DNA of 48,618 bases, counting the filler, from Sphacelaria rigidula (Eukaryota): assembly GCA_964200075.2 (NCBI GenBank). It is 3 parts of 3 records of this genome, joined end to end, with 100 filler letters (N's around TTAATTAATTAA, not from the genome) between each part and the next. Parts side by side here need not be neighbours in the genome. Positions count along the whole stretch, not along the records: positions 32,483 to 48,618 come from CAXNAA020001470.1; 2 more parts are not named here. One strand, 5' to 3'. The translations under genes and the position numbers were made by a program. Below, one piece after another: positions 33,770-45,747 of this stretch. Each line of letters begins with the position of its first letter. Position 1 is the stretch's first letter. The notes under the pieces are model-generated. The model saw only the letters and a program-made list of their open reading frames with translations. It searched no databases and was not told the origin of the DNA.

Positions 33770-34258
33770 TGTAATGAAGAGCAAGCGGCAGCATAATGCA
33801 AGGACACAGCTTGCAACCCAAGGCAGAAGCTTGGCAGGCAAGTGTACAGCCGTCAGGCTGCTACAACTTGTAGATACCGTGTGACCTGCTCAGTATCCAA
33901 ATATCAGACGAGGTTTCACGCGAATAGGTCCTTCACTTCTCTCTTGATTATCTTGATTCTAACTCCAGTATCGACTCAATCAATCCAAACCAATCCAATG
34001 CGTCTCACCGATAATTAGACTTTTTTTGCTGGAGGGCAATAGAGGAGCAGTTGATAGTGTGGAGGATGGGCGAGCTATATCGGTTCCAGCTGATCTATCT
34101 CGCCATCGTTTACCAATATACAAGCTCAGATCCGTACCCGACCAACTCTGAACAGACCTGCAGTCTTGTTTACCGGGATTCCCAATATTACCGAAAGCCA
34201 GACTTCGACAACGGGTCTGAAGCGACATGACAACAGGCTAGTACGCATCTTCATGATA
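33770..34258 (-). repeat. 3' LTR (489 bp)
   Basis: TGTAATGAAGA...TCTTCATGATA. 22 substitutions (18 transitions) and no indels versus the other LTR, by hand count. Confidence 0.96.
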
Positions 34259-34270
34259 CTAACCCACCCA
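34259..34270 (-). promoter_or_regulatory. Probable polypurine tract
   Basis: TGGGTGGGTTAG on the - strand directly abuts the 3' LTR. It is G-rich but not purely purine. Confidence 0.55.
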
Positions 34271-34576
34271 GACGAACCTTTATTACAGCTGCGAGGATGT
34301 ATCCTCAGAGCAGCGAAAACTAAGGTTTTTCCTTACTCGTCAAGTCATGAGCGGCTAATAAAGCATACCTAAAGGAACACCCCCGTACCTAACACTCCCG
34401 TACCAACCTTCCCGTACCCACTCCCATACCTCAAAAGAAGGGAAGCATAGACTGCTTCGAGAAGCAGAAAAAACTGCTCCGAAACGCGGAAGCACAAACC
34501 GCTTCGGCGTGCTAGCGATCAACGAAGAAACAAAAATTGCTTCGGCGTCCTAGCAAACGTTAAGGGGGAAAACAGG

Positions 34577-34706
34577 AAGGTACAACAGGGAGCAGCGCTC
34601 TGACCTGGGGAAAGCCAAAGGTACAACAGGGAGCAGAGCTCTAACCTGGTGGAAATCCAAAGGTACAACAGGGAGCAGAGCTTTAACCTGGGGGGAATCC
34701 AAAGGT
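34577..34706. repeat. Three 41-42-bp tandem repeats in the retroelement 3' UTR
   Basis: AAGGTACAACAGGGAGCAG.GCT.T.ACCTGG.GG.A..CCA units start at 34577, 34618 and 34660. Confidence 0.92.
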
Positions 34707-34948
34707 GCTAAAAACTGCAAGATCGAACAGCTGAAAATCGGTGATCCAACGAGATGGAGCGCCAGATGAAGGGGATACAATGGCTCCAGTAGTCGTAGGT
34801 AGCGGTCGTGTCAGAAATTCTTCATCGTCGTCCGAAGTAGGTCGCGCTGTTGTGGTGTCGTAGAAGAAGATCCTGGTGGAGAAGGGAGACAAGACGATGC
34901 TTACGGAAAAAGCTAGGGGTGGGGTAACAGTCACGACAAAAGCGTGGT

Positions 34949-35640
34949 TCAAAGCGGGGCGTGGACGTCGTGGGTGTGGTCGATGTTACGCTGGAGACCG
35001 CCGCGAAGCCCTTTGGACTTGAGGCGCTGGAGACACCAGGATCCGCAAGGTGCAGATGGGCTGGTGGTGCATAGCGCTGGCCGAAGCTTGAGCTGTATGG
35101 ATCCAGGGTCATCGATGAAGCGCACGATGTATGTGTCGGCCGAAACCAGGTTAACGGAGTGGGTCTGACCTGACCACCAGAGGTTGTCGCTGCCTTTGAA
35201 CCAAAAGTAGCTGCTATTGGGCAGGAGTCGCTGGTTCGCGAAGAACTTCGTCTTACAAGTCTTGGAGGGTACAAGTTCGTAACCATCGGCGACAAAGCGT
35301 AGTCCCTGGTTGCGGTGAAGTTCGCGGACTGCTGCGCCACGGCGCATGTTGCGATATTTCTTGTTGTGAGCAAGATGCTGATGTTGGGATTGCGTCCAGT
35401 AAAAAGGACGGTGGCACGACGGTGCAATTGCAGGTCGGATTCGCGTTCCCAAGACGCTCTCCGAAGACCGTGCCAGTGTGTCTTATACATGACGGCGATC
35501 TTGCCTCCTCGACCACGGGTTATCTGGTGGCCGGAAATGGAGGACACAGCCAACCGAAGGGGCTGTTTTGTCACGTCGTCGGTTGTAACGTGATAGGGCG
35601 GGGACTTGGTCGAGTAGCTGTCGAAAACATGCTGTGTGTA
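34949..35640 (-). pseudogene. Integrase C-terminal extension: chromodomain (~35428-35556) followed by a PWWP/Tudor-like domain (~35027-35224)
   Basis: RLAVSSISGHQITRGRGGKIAVMYKTHWHGLRRASWERESDL fits the chromo pattern (Y...W.G....SWE.E.dL). After a frameshift, SYFWFKGSDNLWWSGQ...TYIVRFIDD fits a PWWP/Tudor barrel pattern. Confidence 0.7.
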
Positions 35641-38203
35641 GGTACTTGGGCATGTCGCTTGTATCATGCGGGTTTGTGCAGGGTTTGCATCTGTGTACGG
35701 AGACGCGAGGCTTGGTGTCCTTGCCCTGGAAGTCGTGAGGCAAGTCGAGATAGAGCAGTTTGTCACCGACGGGTTTTTCATCCCGTGATGATGACGATGG
35801 TCCGACTGTTAGGATCTTGAATGATCCTGTCCAACTGAGGGATAATTTTGTCTTCAAAATTTTTTCGTTGGCTGCCTTACTGATGCCTTGGCGAATTGTC
35901 GACAATCTGTTGTAGATCCAAACCCAATCACCAACTTTCCAGTGAAGGCGTTTGCGCATTAGGTTGTAGAGAGCAGTGTTAGATCTCTCTAGGCGCGAAG
36001 CGTTGATAGCGTGTTGTTCGCGCACGAGGGTAAACGCTTTGCGTTGTCGTGCATGCGTTTGCTCGTTGTAGGATATCTGATTCTGATCCAATTCTTGGTG
36101 TCCGTCGAACGTGTGTCGCTCAAACACGGTGATAGGCAGCCGAGGGTCACGTCCAAGATGGAGTTCGTTCGGAGAAAGGTCTGTGGCGGCATTCACCGAG
36201 TTGTTGTAGGACAATATGATGTGCGAGAGATGTAGGTCCCAGTCATTTTGGCGGTCATTGACAACCATAGAGAGCATCTGGGCCATGGTGTGATTAACTC
36301 TTTCGGTGCCACCGTTACCGTTCGGGTGGTAGGCGCTCGTGGCAATTTCGCGTATGCACAGGAGCTTGTGAAGCTCATCAGAGAGGTCTGAACAAAATTG
36401 CTGACCGTTGTCTGAAAGTAGTGGCTTTGGGCAACCGTAGTGCTCAATGTAAGCATGGACCAGTATGTCGGCCGTTCCGGCGGCAGAGAAATCTGCGGCG
36501 GTTACCGCGTACATGGACGCGTGGCGGCTAAAGCGGTCAGTGAAGAGTAAGATGTACGTGTTGCCGCGATCTTTGGTCGGGAGAGGGCCGAAGTAGTCAA
36601 AGGACACAAGGTGGCCGGGCTCGTCGGGGAGTCTTATAGAAATCACGGGCCAGCGTACTGTCTGTCGTGAAGTTTTTCGGGCTTGGCATTTGAAGCATTG
36701 CCGAATCCAGAAGCGGGTTGAGATTTTCACGCCAAGGTGGCATGACCAGTCTGTGTGGCAGCGTTTCATGACCCAGGGGCGCATTAATAGTGGCACATAT
36801 ATGCGCGTTGGTTCGTCATTGAGTAGTCGTGCGATGCGTCCCGTAGTTGAGGCGGCAATTGCGCCTGTCAAGGGTGTGGGCCGACGTACGAGTAGTTGCA
36901 CGCCTTCATCCGTAGTAAAAAGAGTGCCTTTACGCACGAGCTCGTATACGTCAGAGATAACTGCTGGTGGCAGTGTTCCAACCGGGGCCAGAAGTGTGAA
37001 CGCGAAAGGGAATGGACAGTCAAGTTGTAAGTACCGGATGGCTGTGCGACATAGCGGTTCGGCGTTTTGTTCACGAGCCCAATCGCGGTGAGAGTAGCTG
37101 GCGAGAAACTCGCGTAGTTGGCCTTCAGCTGGCGAGCCGACCAAACATGGTAGGGCAGGCGGCGGGGGAATAGGCGACGGGGCAGAAATGCCGACGTCAA
37201 TTTCTGTTCCGGGAGCTGGAGACGAATCGTCAGATCCTTGATCGGGGGCAGGAGATGTTTGAGGCGCCATTATAGGCGGCGGGGTTGCATCAGTGCGCGG
37301 CGAAGATTGTTCGCGGCGCGTGGTGCACGGTGCAGAAGTTGTTGCGGAGTCTTGCGTGTTGGTCCGTGGAACTTGTGCTGGGTGGCTCATAGGGGTTACA
37401 GGTGTTGTTGGTGGCGGCGAGGCACTCGGTGTGGTGCCGGCGGCAGACCGGGAGCGCGTGTTGTCGGAGATAAGGTGGGTGATTGAAGGTGTCTCCGCAA
37501 AGAGTTGCGCGCGAGTACCGAAAGTGCGAAAATCGACAAACTCAAAGGTAGTGGGCTTTAACCCACCCAAGACGGCGTCATATGGTAGAGGGCGAGGTCC
37601 TCCCATATGCATACCGGTTTCCGGGCACTGGAGGTCGAGGGCGTGAACAGGCGTTGAAAAACGTCTGATCGCGTAAATTCCGGGTTCATCGGGTTCCGTT
37701 AGACGGCAAGCCGGGCTGAAATCTGCGGCCGTAGGCGGCAGAGGTAAGCGGGAAAGAAGATCCGCGTTCCCGTTGGATTTGCCTGGACGGTGCTTAATGG
37801 AATACTGGTATGTTGCTAGAAACTCCAACAATCGTTGTACACGAGGGTTGTGTTCCCCAACCTTGGCGAGTTGTGCAAGTGCTCCGTGATCCGTATAGAT
37901 CTCGAAGGGCACGTGAAACGGATATTGTCGGAGGCGCTGAATGGCCCAAGTGATTACTCCGCCTTCCAGTTCTAGCGGGCTCGAGTTGGCCTCGTTGGGC
38001 AGGGTAGCGCGGCTGATATGAAGGATGGGCCGGACAGGGCCATCAACCTGAGGTTGATTCAAAGCTCCTCCAAAACGATTTGTGCTGGCGTCAGTATGGA
38101 GTTGGAAAAGGCGGGAGCCATCTTGTACTGCCTCCCAATCAGGAAAGCATAGTACGGACATTTCGGTAAGTGTCTTGAGTAATTCGCGGGTGATATTCTC
38201 CAT
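35483..38203 (-). pseudogene. pol: RNase H, long Pro/Thr/Ser linker, and integrase (906-aa open segment)
   Basis: FQLHTDAS, LELE, EIYTDH, GKSNGNADLLSR; H...H/CFKC zinc site; SFDYFGP, LSDNG, NGGTERVN catalytic triad; WTGSFKI GPY/F motif. Confidence 0.95.
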
Positions 38204-38205
38204 TT

Positions 38206-39100
38206 ATGCGGTGAAAGAAAACCCGGCTCCTTTCTTGAGTAGCTCAGTAAGGGGGCGAATCCGTTTCGACTAATTCTGCAAAAATTTCCGGTAGTAGGAT
38301 AGCCCACCCAACAATGAGCGAAGTTGTGACATGTTAGTTGGCATCGACAAATCAGTCATCGCCTTGACTTTGTATACGGATGCAGGCCTGCTGGTGAAAT
38401 GGAATGCCCCAAGAAATCCAAGTCAGTCGCGCCAAGGCGAGCTTTGGATGAAGACAGTTTCAAATCGTGCGTACGTAGGCGAGAGAGAAATTCTCGTAGA
38501 GTGCGTACATGTGCGGTAGGTGAGGCATTGAAAGCGATAGCGTCCTTCAAGTACATGATGATGTGCTCGAGGCCCTCGGTGACGCGTTGCATTAAGCGTT
38601 GAAAGCATCCCGGGGCAGTGGCGGCGCCTTGTGGCATGCGAAGCCACTCATAGAGCCCGGACGAAAGCCGTCAGTGGGACTGTGTCAGGGTGTAAAGCAT
38701 TCTGAAAAAATCCAGAAGCGAGGTCGAGGGTGCTGAATATTCTCCTTCGCCTAAGGAGTCGAAAATTTCCTCAATGCGGGGAATTGGAAGTTTACCGACG
38801 ACAGTGACGCGGTTCAACCGTTGATACTTCACAGTGATGCGTATGTTTCCATCCCTTTTGGGGACGACCACAAGTGGCGAGGCCCAAGGAGAGGAGGAAT
38901 GTTGGATTAGTCCCGCTCCCAATTACGCATCCAAGATGGCGTTAACTTTCTTGGTGAGGATTGGGTTGGTACGGTATGGCCGGGAAGAAATCGGTGAGAC
39001 CCCGGGTTGGAAGGTAACCTCAAAGGGCAGTGTTTTGCAATGCCCAAGATCCGTCTTGGATCGGTAAACTCGGTCTTGGTACTGTAGCAGGACATCACTG
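38206..39100 (-). pseudogene. pol: reverse transcriptase (frameshifted, catalytic motif mutated)
   Basis: RPYRTNP, SSSPWASPLVVVPKRDGNIR, LPIPRIEEI, MPQGAATAPGCFQRLM, YLKD at 38542-38553, FLGHSIS. Confidence 0.95.
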
Positions 39101-39316
39101 AGTTCTTGGATGACTGCCGGTTCCCAGCCGGGCCCATGAAGGTCAAAATTGATGTCGCGCATGTGTGGCGGCAGTTGGTTCCACATGTGCAAGAAACTAC
39201 TCCGAGAATCTGGTGATAAGCGTTGAAGCACTTCAGCAGGAGGATCGGAATTTGACTGAGCATGATTCACCGTGTGGACCTGGGGTGGAGTAGCAGAGGC
39301 GAGATCGAAATATGGT

Positions 39317-40837
39317 TCATCGACACAATGGACTGAGTCCACCGGAGATGTGATGTTTGGTGCGGCAGGCTCTGTGACGCACGTCTCGAGTGGGATGTGC
39401 ATCAGGGGAGCAGCGGCGATTCCTACAATAATCGCCGGGTTCCAACTTAGCATGTCCCGTAAGAGAGAGGAGTTGTTGTCCCGCCGACACAAAATGTTCT
39501 GCGTCGGCCGGTGCGCCAATACGGGTTAACATTTCGGCAAGATAGTGGCCCGTAAGTGCTGGCATGCCATTTCGGCGAACGAGTGCAACTTCAAGAAGTT
39601 GGGGGTCGTCGGAGAGTGTAATACCCACGTTACCAATATATCGTTGGTGGTAAGCAGCTCCGGTTGCTTGAGCATTCTTGTGATAAGCCAGGGCGCCGTG
39701 GAGAGTACCGAAGTGCTCGAGGTTGAATTCTTCACGAAGCATGGAATGTGGCTTTAGTGGTGGAAGCGTGCGGTAGGTGCGTTGATTTAACCGCACATAG
39801 CTATCTCTGGCCAATAATATGGCGTGATGCATGGTGCTGTCGGGGACAACGTATGCCCAGACTGCCAGGCTGGCAGATCGAGTGGTGTTGTGAAAGAATT
39901 GCACACTGAGACGTACGGATTTACGAGTCGTCAGTGGCGCGGCAGAGTCACCGAAACCGCCCCACACGCGAGGTTTGGTGGTGGTTTCGCAAGCTGCCGT
40001 AGCAGCGCCAGTCTGTTCCATGTGTTTCCATGTTGATTCTCGAGTAAACGTTTGCGGGCTGCCGGTGTCCAACAAGGATACGCATTTCGTAGGCGTGATA
40101 GCGTTTGGACCGGCATGGATCGCAACGCGAGTAGTAAAAGCGGCCGGATCTACAGACACGTTACCGCCGACAAGATCCGGACCGTGTTCCGGCAAGGTAA
40201 ACTGGTCAGGATAAGCGGGGCTGACAGCAAAAACGCCCAGCAGATGATTCGCCGGGGGGTCAGATGTCTCACCAGAGAAGGGGGTGGACGGTATACTATT
40301 TTCAGGTGTGGCACGGTCATTGGCGATTTCGTAAATGATCGCCTTTGCTTGACAGGGATCACCGTCAAAAGGGGATCCAGGATGTGTGGGGCTGGAGCCG
40401 TCGATTGAAGAAGTAGTGCCGTCAGAATCATGTGATTTTGTTTCTTCCGGGATACTTGATAGAACCGTCGAGCTCAGAGTCGTCGCATTTTGGAGAGATT
40501 GAGGTCGAGGATTTCCGCTCGAAAGAGGTGTACGTAATGATGCGCGCGCGTCCTTGAGGGCATGCTTACGGGGCTTTCTCTTTCGCCGTGACAAAGGTCG
40601 GAGAACTTCCAAAACATTTGGGAATGGAACCACAACTGCGTCCAGTTGCGTGGATGGGGTCAGCATCGGGGCATGACGGAGCGAAACTTGTGGGCTGCTT
40701 TCCGTTGGTAAGTTTGGCTGTTGGGGCATAGCCAAAGATATGTTGGGGTGGTTGTTATTAAAACCGGCCGAAGGTAGGTCCGTGCGTCTTGAAAATCGCG
40801 GGGGAAGGAGGCCGATCCGACTGATCGGGAATTGCAT
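39317..40837 (-). pseudogene. pol: aspartic protease region
   Basis: VSLLDTGSPQTF catalytic motif and downstream ILLARD (~ILGRD). Confidence 0.85.
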
Positions 40838-41047
40838 GATCCGATGTGGTCAGGTTCAAATCAGCAACACTTGGGTCAGCTGAAAAAGGCTTGCTGCTAC
40901 CTGTGCGTGCGGTCGCTGAGGGAAGCCTTTGCCTCAGGGACTGGCGGCTGGTCTTCCCACACCTCAGACTTATACTCGGTACTGAAGGACCAACTTCAGT
41001 GCCGAGTGTAGGTCTGAGTCGCGGGGTGTTACAACTGTTACGCTGTG

Positions 41048-41280
41048 TGTGGAGGGACGAAGACGGGGGTCGATTTGAACGACCGTCAGTTGCGCTCCTG
41101 CATAGTGCCGGGAGAGCCGGGGGAACAATCTCAGTCGCGGGCTCTGCGAGCTGTGTTGGACATTTTGTGGAGGGTCGAGACGGAGGTCGATATGAACGGC
41201 CGTCAGTTACGCTCCTGGATAGTGCCGGGGGAGTCGAGTGAGCATAGTTTGACACGGACTCCGCGGGCTGTGTTGAAAAA
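41048..41280. repeat. Two diverged ~120-bp tandem copies in the gag-pol spacer
   Basis: TGTGGAGGG.CGA(A)GACGG.GGTCGAT.TGAACG.CCGTCAGTT.CGCTCCTG.ATAGTGCCGGG at 41048 and 41167. Confidence 0.85.
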
Positions 41281-41336
41281 GTCTTCGCTCGTGCTGTCGA
41301 CGGCGTGGAAGACCGAAGAACGCCGGCGTCGGCACG

Positions 41337-44300
41337 TCATGGATCTAAGCGATCCGTAGTGAAGGTACCAGGGTTTCTGGTGTTGGGTTTAGAACTTTGT
41401 GTCGGTCCCGTCCGCTGGTGTCTATCAGCGGAACGTTTATTGTCGCGAGAATTTTGATCGTTCTGGCGAGGGCTTCCGTGGTTGTTGTTGGGTCGGCGTC
41501 CTCGATGAGAGCTTTTATTGCCACGTTGGTTCGAATTGTTGCGGTAATTTCGAGTTGGCGGACGATAGCCGCGCATGCGTTTTTGCCATCGGCCCCACGC
41601 GGGTTCATTTTCCTGCAGTTCAGGGTTCATGAGAGCGAAGGCATTGATGCATGGACTGTCACAGTTGCGCATGCTGTGGCCTTGAACACTACAGTTGATG
41701 CAACTGTTGGCATGACTGCTGAAGGCATTGCGTCTAGCGGAAGACGAAAGGAGTGGGTTCCACAAATGGGGGTCATCGGTCATGAATGCCGTTGTTGAAG
41801 TTAGATAAACATCATCCCAAGTTTCCTCGGAAAACGGCCAACCGTCAAAACTCGCGCTAAATGCATCTCTGGTCCTCTGAACATGCATTACTGAACCGGC
41901 GACTAAGTTGGGGGTCCATGAAGGGGGAGACGAGCTCGAATTCCTGCCACGAGCCCCTTGGGCATGAGCGGAGGACACAACCGTAGGTTGTGAACGCGCA
42001 GACGTTGAAGTTTTGCCACGTACGGCAGGCGTTAGATTACTCTTTTGGTGTACAAAAGCAGGTCACATAGTATCGACGGAGGCGTAAGGCACCTCGCGAT
42101 GCGCCAAGACACCCGGAAACAACGACGGCATCAGAGCCGGATACTGTTGAGCAACGCTATTGCGGACATAAGTCTGACACATTGCATCGCTCGGTCCATT
42201 CTGGCGTCCGACCCCCGTCGTACCCGAAACCAAAAGCTTAAATTCGCGGAGATAATCCGCGAAGGGAACATCAGAGGCGACGACAAAAGAACTCAGCCTC
42301 TGGATGACGCTGACTTGATCGCTTTTGTCAAAGTAGCCTATGAGACGCCTCTCCAAATCAGGGAGTAATTGCGGGACTGTCTTCCCTTGGGAACGATCCG
42401 GATCCATCTCGGCGAGGAATCCGTCGAGAACCTCAAAGAAGCAGCGAGGTCGGGAGAGCGGCAGGTGATCGATTGATGCATTGCTTTGTGCAAGGGAGTC
42501 TGCCAGCCCTCTATCCAGTCGGAATCTTCGAAACGTTGTGTGCCAGTCACATCCGCCAAGTGAAGGATGTTACAAATAGTGCGGCGGGTGGACGTGATGA
42601 GAGCAGAAGTAAACTGGCCCGAATCTTCGTTATCCGCGGCAGGCATGGTTTTGATGTGCCAGATGTTTTCACATCCATCTGAATATACTGTCTCTGTATT
42701 GCAGCTACTCGGGCAGACTCAGCCCTATCGGACGCTTCTTTTTTGCTAGCTTCGGAGCGTTCTTTGTCAGCCGCAGCCGTTGCTAAGGCGCGGGCTGCGG
42801 TGGAAGACAAGGGACGGTCAGGTGTATCCGTATCGGACAAACCAAAAATGCGGGCCGAAACATCAGCCAACTTAAGAACCACTTGCCTGGGGGTCGCCGA
42901 GCCCGTGGCGGGAAGGTCTGCACCGGACCGTTTCCAGGCCGATGCGGATGATCCGGACGAGTTGCCTCCGGTGTGCTTGCCTTCCGGCTTGCGGGGCGGG
43001 CGGTTTGATCCGGAACCGCCCGAAGAGGATCCTCCACCGCCATGGCGGCGGCGTGAATTCCCGCCATTGTTGTCATCGTCATCGCGACGGTGATTCTTCT
43101 TGTGACCCCGGCAATTGACGGTCGTGGTGGTTCACCCATCCTCATCTTCGTTATCGTCGGGGAGAGCCGCGGCGGGATCAGATTTAGAAGCGGCGCGTAG
43201 CGCCGCAAAAAGATTGGTGAGAGTGTCGACGTACCGATAGAGATGCGGACTATCGCCGATTGTCGCCTGGAGGACCAGTTGGTCCAAGGGGATCGCCGAC
43301 ACGCCGTCATCCGGGAAGAAGCCGCCCTGTTCCACGTAGCCACCAATAACTGCTAACATGCGCTGGGGTATGGTGTTTCAAACGTGGCGGGAACAGTGCA
43401 GGTGATAGTTTCGGTGAAAGGGGCCGGTATAGTCGGCCGCAGACCGAGAAAGCCACACTCGTTCGTGTGATGCAAGTTGCAAGCGTGTGGTGAGGCTGGC
43501 AGTGACTGCCGGGCCAGGTGCACGAGGCGGCGGGGGGCGGCGGCGGCCGCGACAGATGACGCCCTGTCGGACTTACGTGGTGTCACGTAGTCCGACAGGG
43601 TGGGCGTGGGCTGTCGAGGAGGGCGAGCTTCAAGCAAGTGGTCGGCGGAAGGCCGCGGGGAGGCTTGATGATGAGTCACCCGCCCCATCGATGAATCTGC
43701 TTCCTGCGTAGTGCGCCGAACATGATATTGTAGCTCGCGAACCCTCCTTTGTACCGTCAAGGCTGCAGTCTGCCCTTCCTGTGATGCCCTGTGCGCCGCC
43801 GTCTTGGTGGCTTGGGCGAGTGAAGCCTGCCGCTGAAAATCCTTCAGCTTGGCAGCATCTTCCTCCAAAAGGAGGCGGGCGGCAGCCTCGTCAGCATTGC
43901 GTTGCTGGTCTAGTATGTTGCGGGCTAGCGCCCGGATTTGGTACGCATAGTCATGAATGAGCTTTTCTTGTTCCGCGCGGGGGCGGTATTTGAATAACCT
44001 CAACAGAAGCCCGCTGGGGCAATGCTCGTCGCCGAGCGGACGAAGATCCTCCACCGAAGGAGGCGAGCGCACGGAGATGTCCCCGACAGGGCAAGTGGTG
44101 GGACCACTATCCGCATCTGTGTCTACTGCAGGCTGGGCGGCAGCAGGAGTTGGGACCGTGGCTGCAGTGACTGCGGCAGAAGGCGCAGTGACCACGGTAG
44201 TGACGGCTGTGGCGGTAGTGGGAGCGGCGTTGGTGGTCTCCCTCGTAGGTTTAGCGGCAGCGGTAGTGCACTTCGTGTCCATGGTTGCTGTTGCGAGTTG

Positions 44301-45747
44301 TCGTTCAAGATCTGTCAAACATTGTTGCAGAGAACGAATAAGCGCAGCGTTGGAACGGGACGGTGGTTCGCGGTCAGTGCGTGGTCGTCGTTTGTGCGAT
44401 GAGGTGCGGCCAGATCTCTCAATTGAGGATTCCAGAGCCGGTGACATGTCCGAAAATATATTTTGGATATCAGCTTGTACAGGGTTGTCATTGCGTACAT
44501 GACGGCTGTGTGGCGATTGCTGAGCAGGAAAGATGCGCGAGGGTGCATGATCGGTGTTTTTCGAGCGCGAGTTAACGCGCGAAGACCGTGATCTGTACCG
44601 CAAGGCATCCTCGTCAGTATGTTCACGGGTAGCATTCACCCGGCGCTGCGGAGCGCGTGGTGAATTGGCGCTGTGACGTGAACTACCGTCGTAAGTGTTT
44701 CCATGAGTGACGTGTTCCGGACGTGTAGAAACGTGCGGTGAAGTCAAGCTTTGCTGGGAGTTGCCCTTAGAACTGCCCGAACGGGAGACGTGGTCGTGGC
44801 CAAGTCTTGGTGTGCGGCGCCTGTCAGAAGCGCGAGTAAGGCTCTGCTGCGACGTTGAGGAAGGGCTGGATTCATGTTCGTTGAATTTATCATGAGTGAC
44901 GAACGGGGGGCGCGATGTCGCCGAACGGAACGCCAGACGTACGGGTTTGGGCGTGACAGGTGCAGAATCATCATCGAATTGCACATGAGCAGACGCCGAT
45001 TGATTTTGGAGCGTTGCGTGGCAAAAAGCCGTAAATGCCTCGATGAGGACCGGTGCTGGCGATGGCGACGACGCCGAGGAGGTGCGATGCAGAGTTTGCA
45101 TGGCAGCATGCATGGCTGCAACTGTCGGTCCGACATTGGATGTGCAGTAGGGCGCATGGGACTATCGAGAGTCGTGCGAAGGGGTCCGTAACGGAAGCAG
45201 CCCGTGTGACAAAGTCCCTTGCTCCAGAAGAGATGCGCTTCGTCGGGACAGAATCGTCTCGAGAGTTAGCAGCCGTCAAGCAACGGGGTGCCACGGTTGA
45301 AGTAACAGGTACAGGGCCAAGCTGGACACGTGTGTCCAGGGGCAACGACTCGACTGAGGGCACAATCCTAACTCCGGATTCCACATTGGGATTCGGGAGA
45401 GCAGGGGCCAGCGAGGGGTGTGCGACGGAATCCACCGTTATGGGCTCACTGACATGTTCGTCAGGAACCGATGACTCGGCCGGTTGCACTACCATGTTCA
45501 CTGAGTCCGGGTCGGAACGTGAGAGAACAGGTCTCGGCGTCAAAGTCTTGTCTTTAAGCCTTGAAGAACGAGCTTCGCTCGAAAGTTGATCTCCAGATCC
45601 CGAAGATCGAACAGCGCTCGCATACGTGCGACGATGAGTTGAAGGTGACGTGCCACTCTTCTTAAAAGATTGCGAACCGCCAAGGGTCCGGCGAAGCGGT
45701 TGGTTTCCCAATTGAGGGAAAGAGCCAGCGTTATTTCTATGCGACAT
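41337..45747 (-). pseudogene. Very long gag region (about 1,470 codons, broken by frameshifts) with capsid-like segment and CCHC zinc knuckle
   Basis: Abutting or overlapping ORFs 45747-44971, 45113-43353, 43359-43132, 42882-42547, 42646-42338, 42407-42063, 41978-41337. VPFADYLREFKLLV is MHR-like; CINCSVQGHSMRNC (C-x2-C-x4-H-x4-C) lies at 41661-41702. Confidence 0.8.

Noticed and set aside
38542-38553. YLKD as a novel RT catalytic motif
   Set aside because: The surrounding RT is frameshifted and has stops, so decay of YLDD is the simpler explanation.
35300-45600. Numerous + strand ORFs within the retroelement
   Set aside because: These are antisense shadows of GC-rich gag/pol frames with no recognisable motifs.
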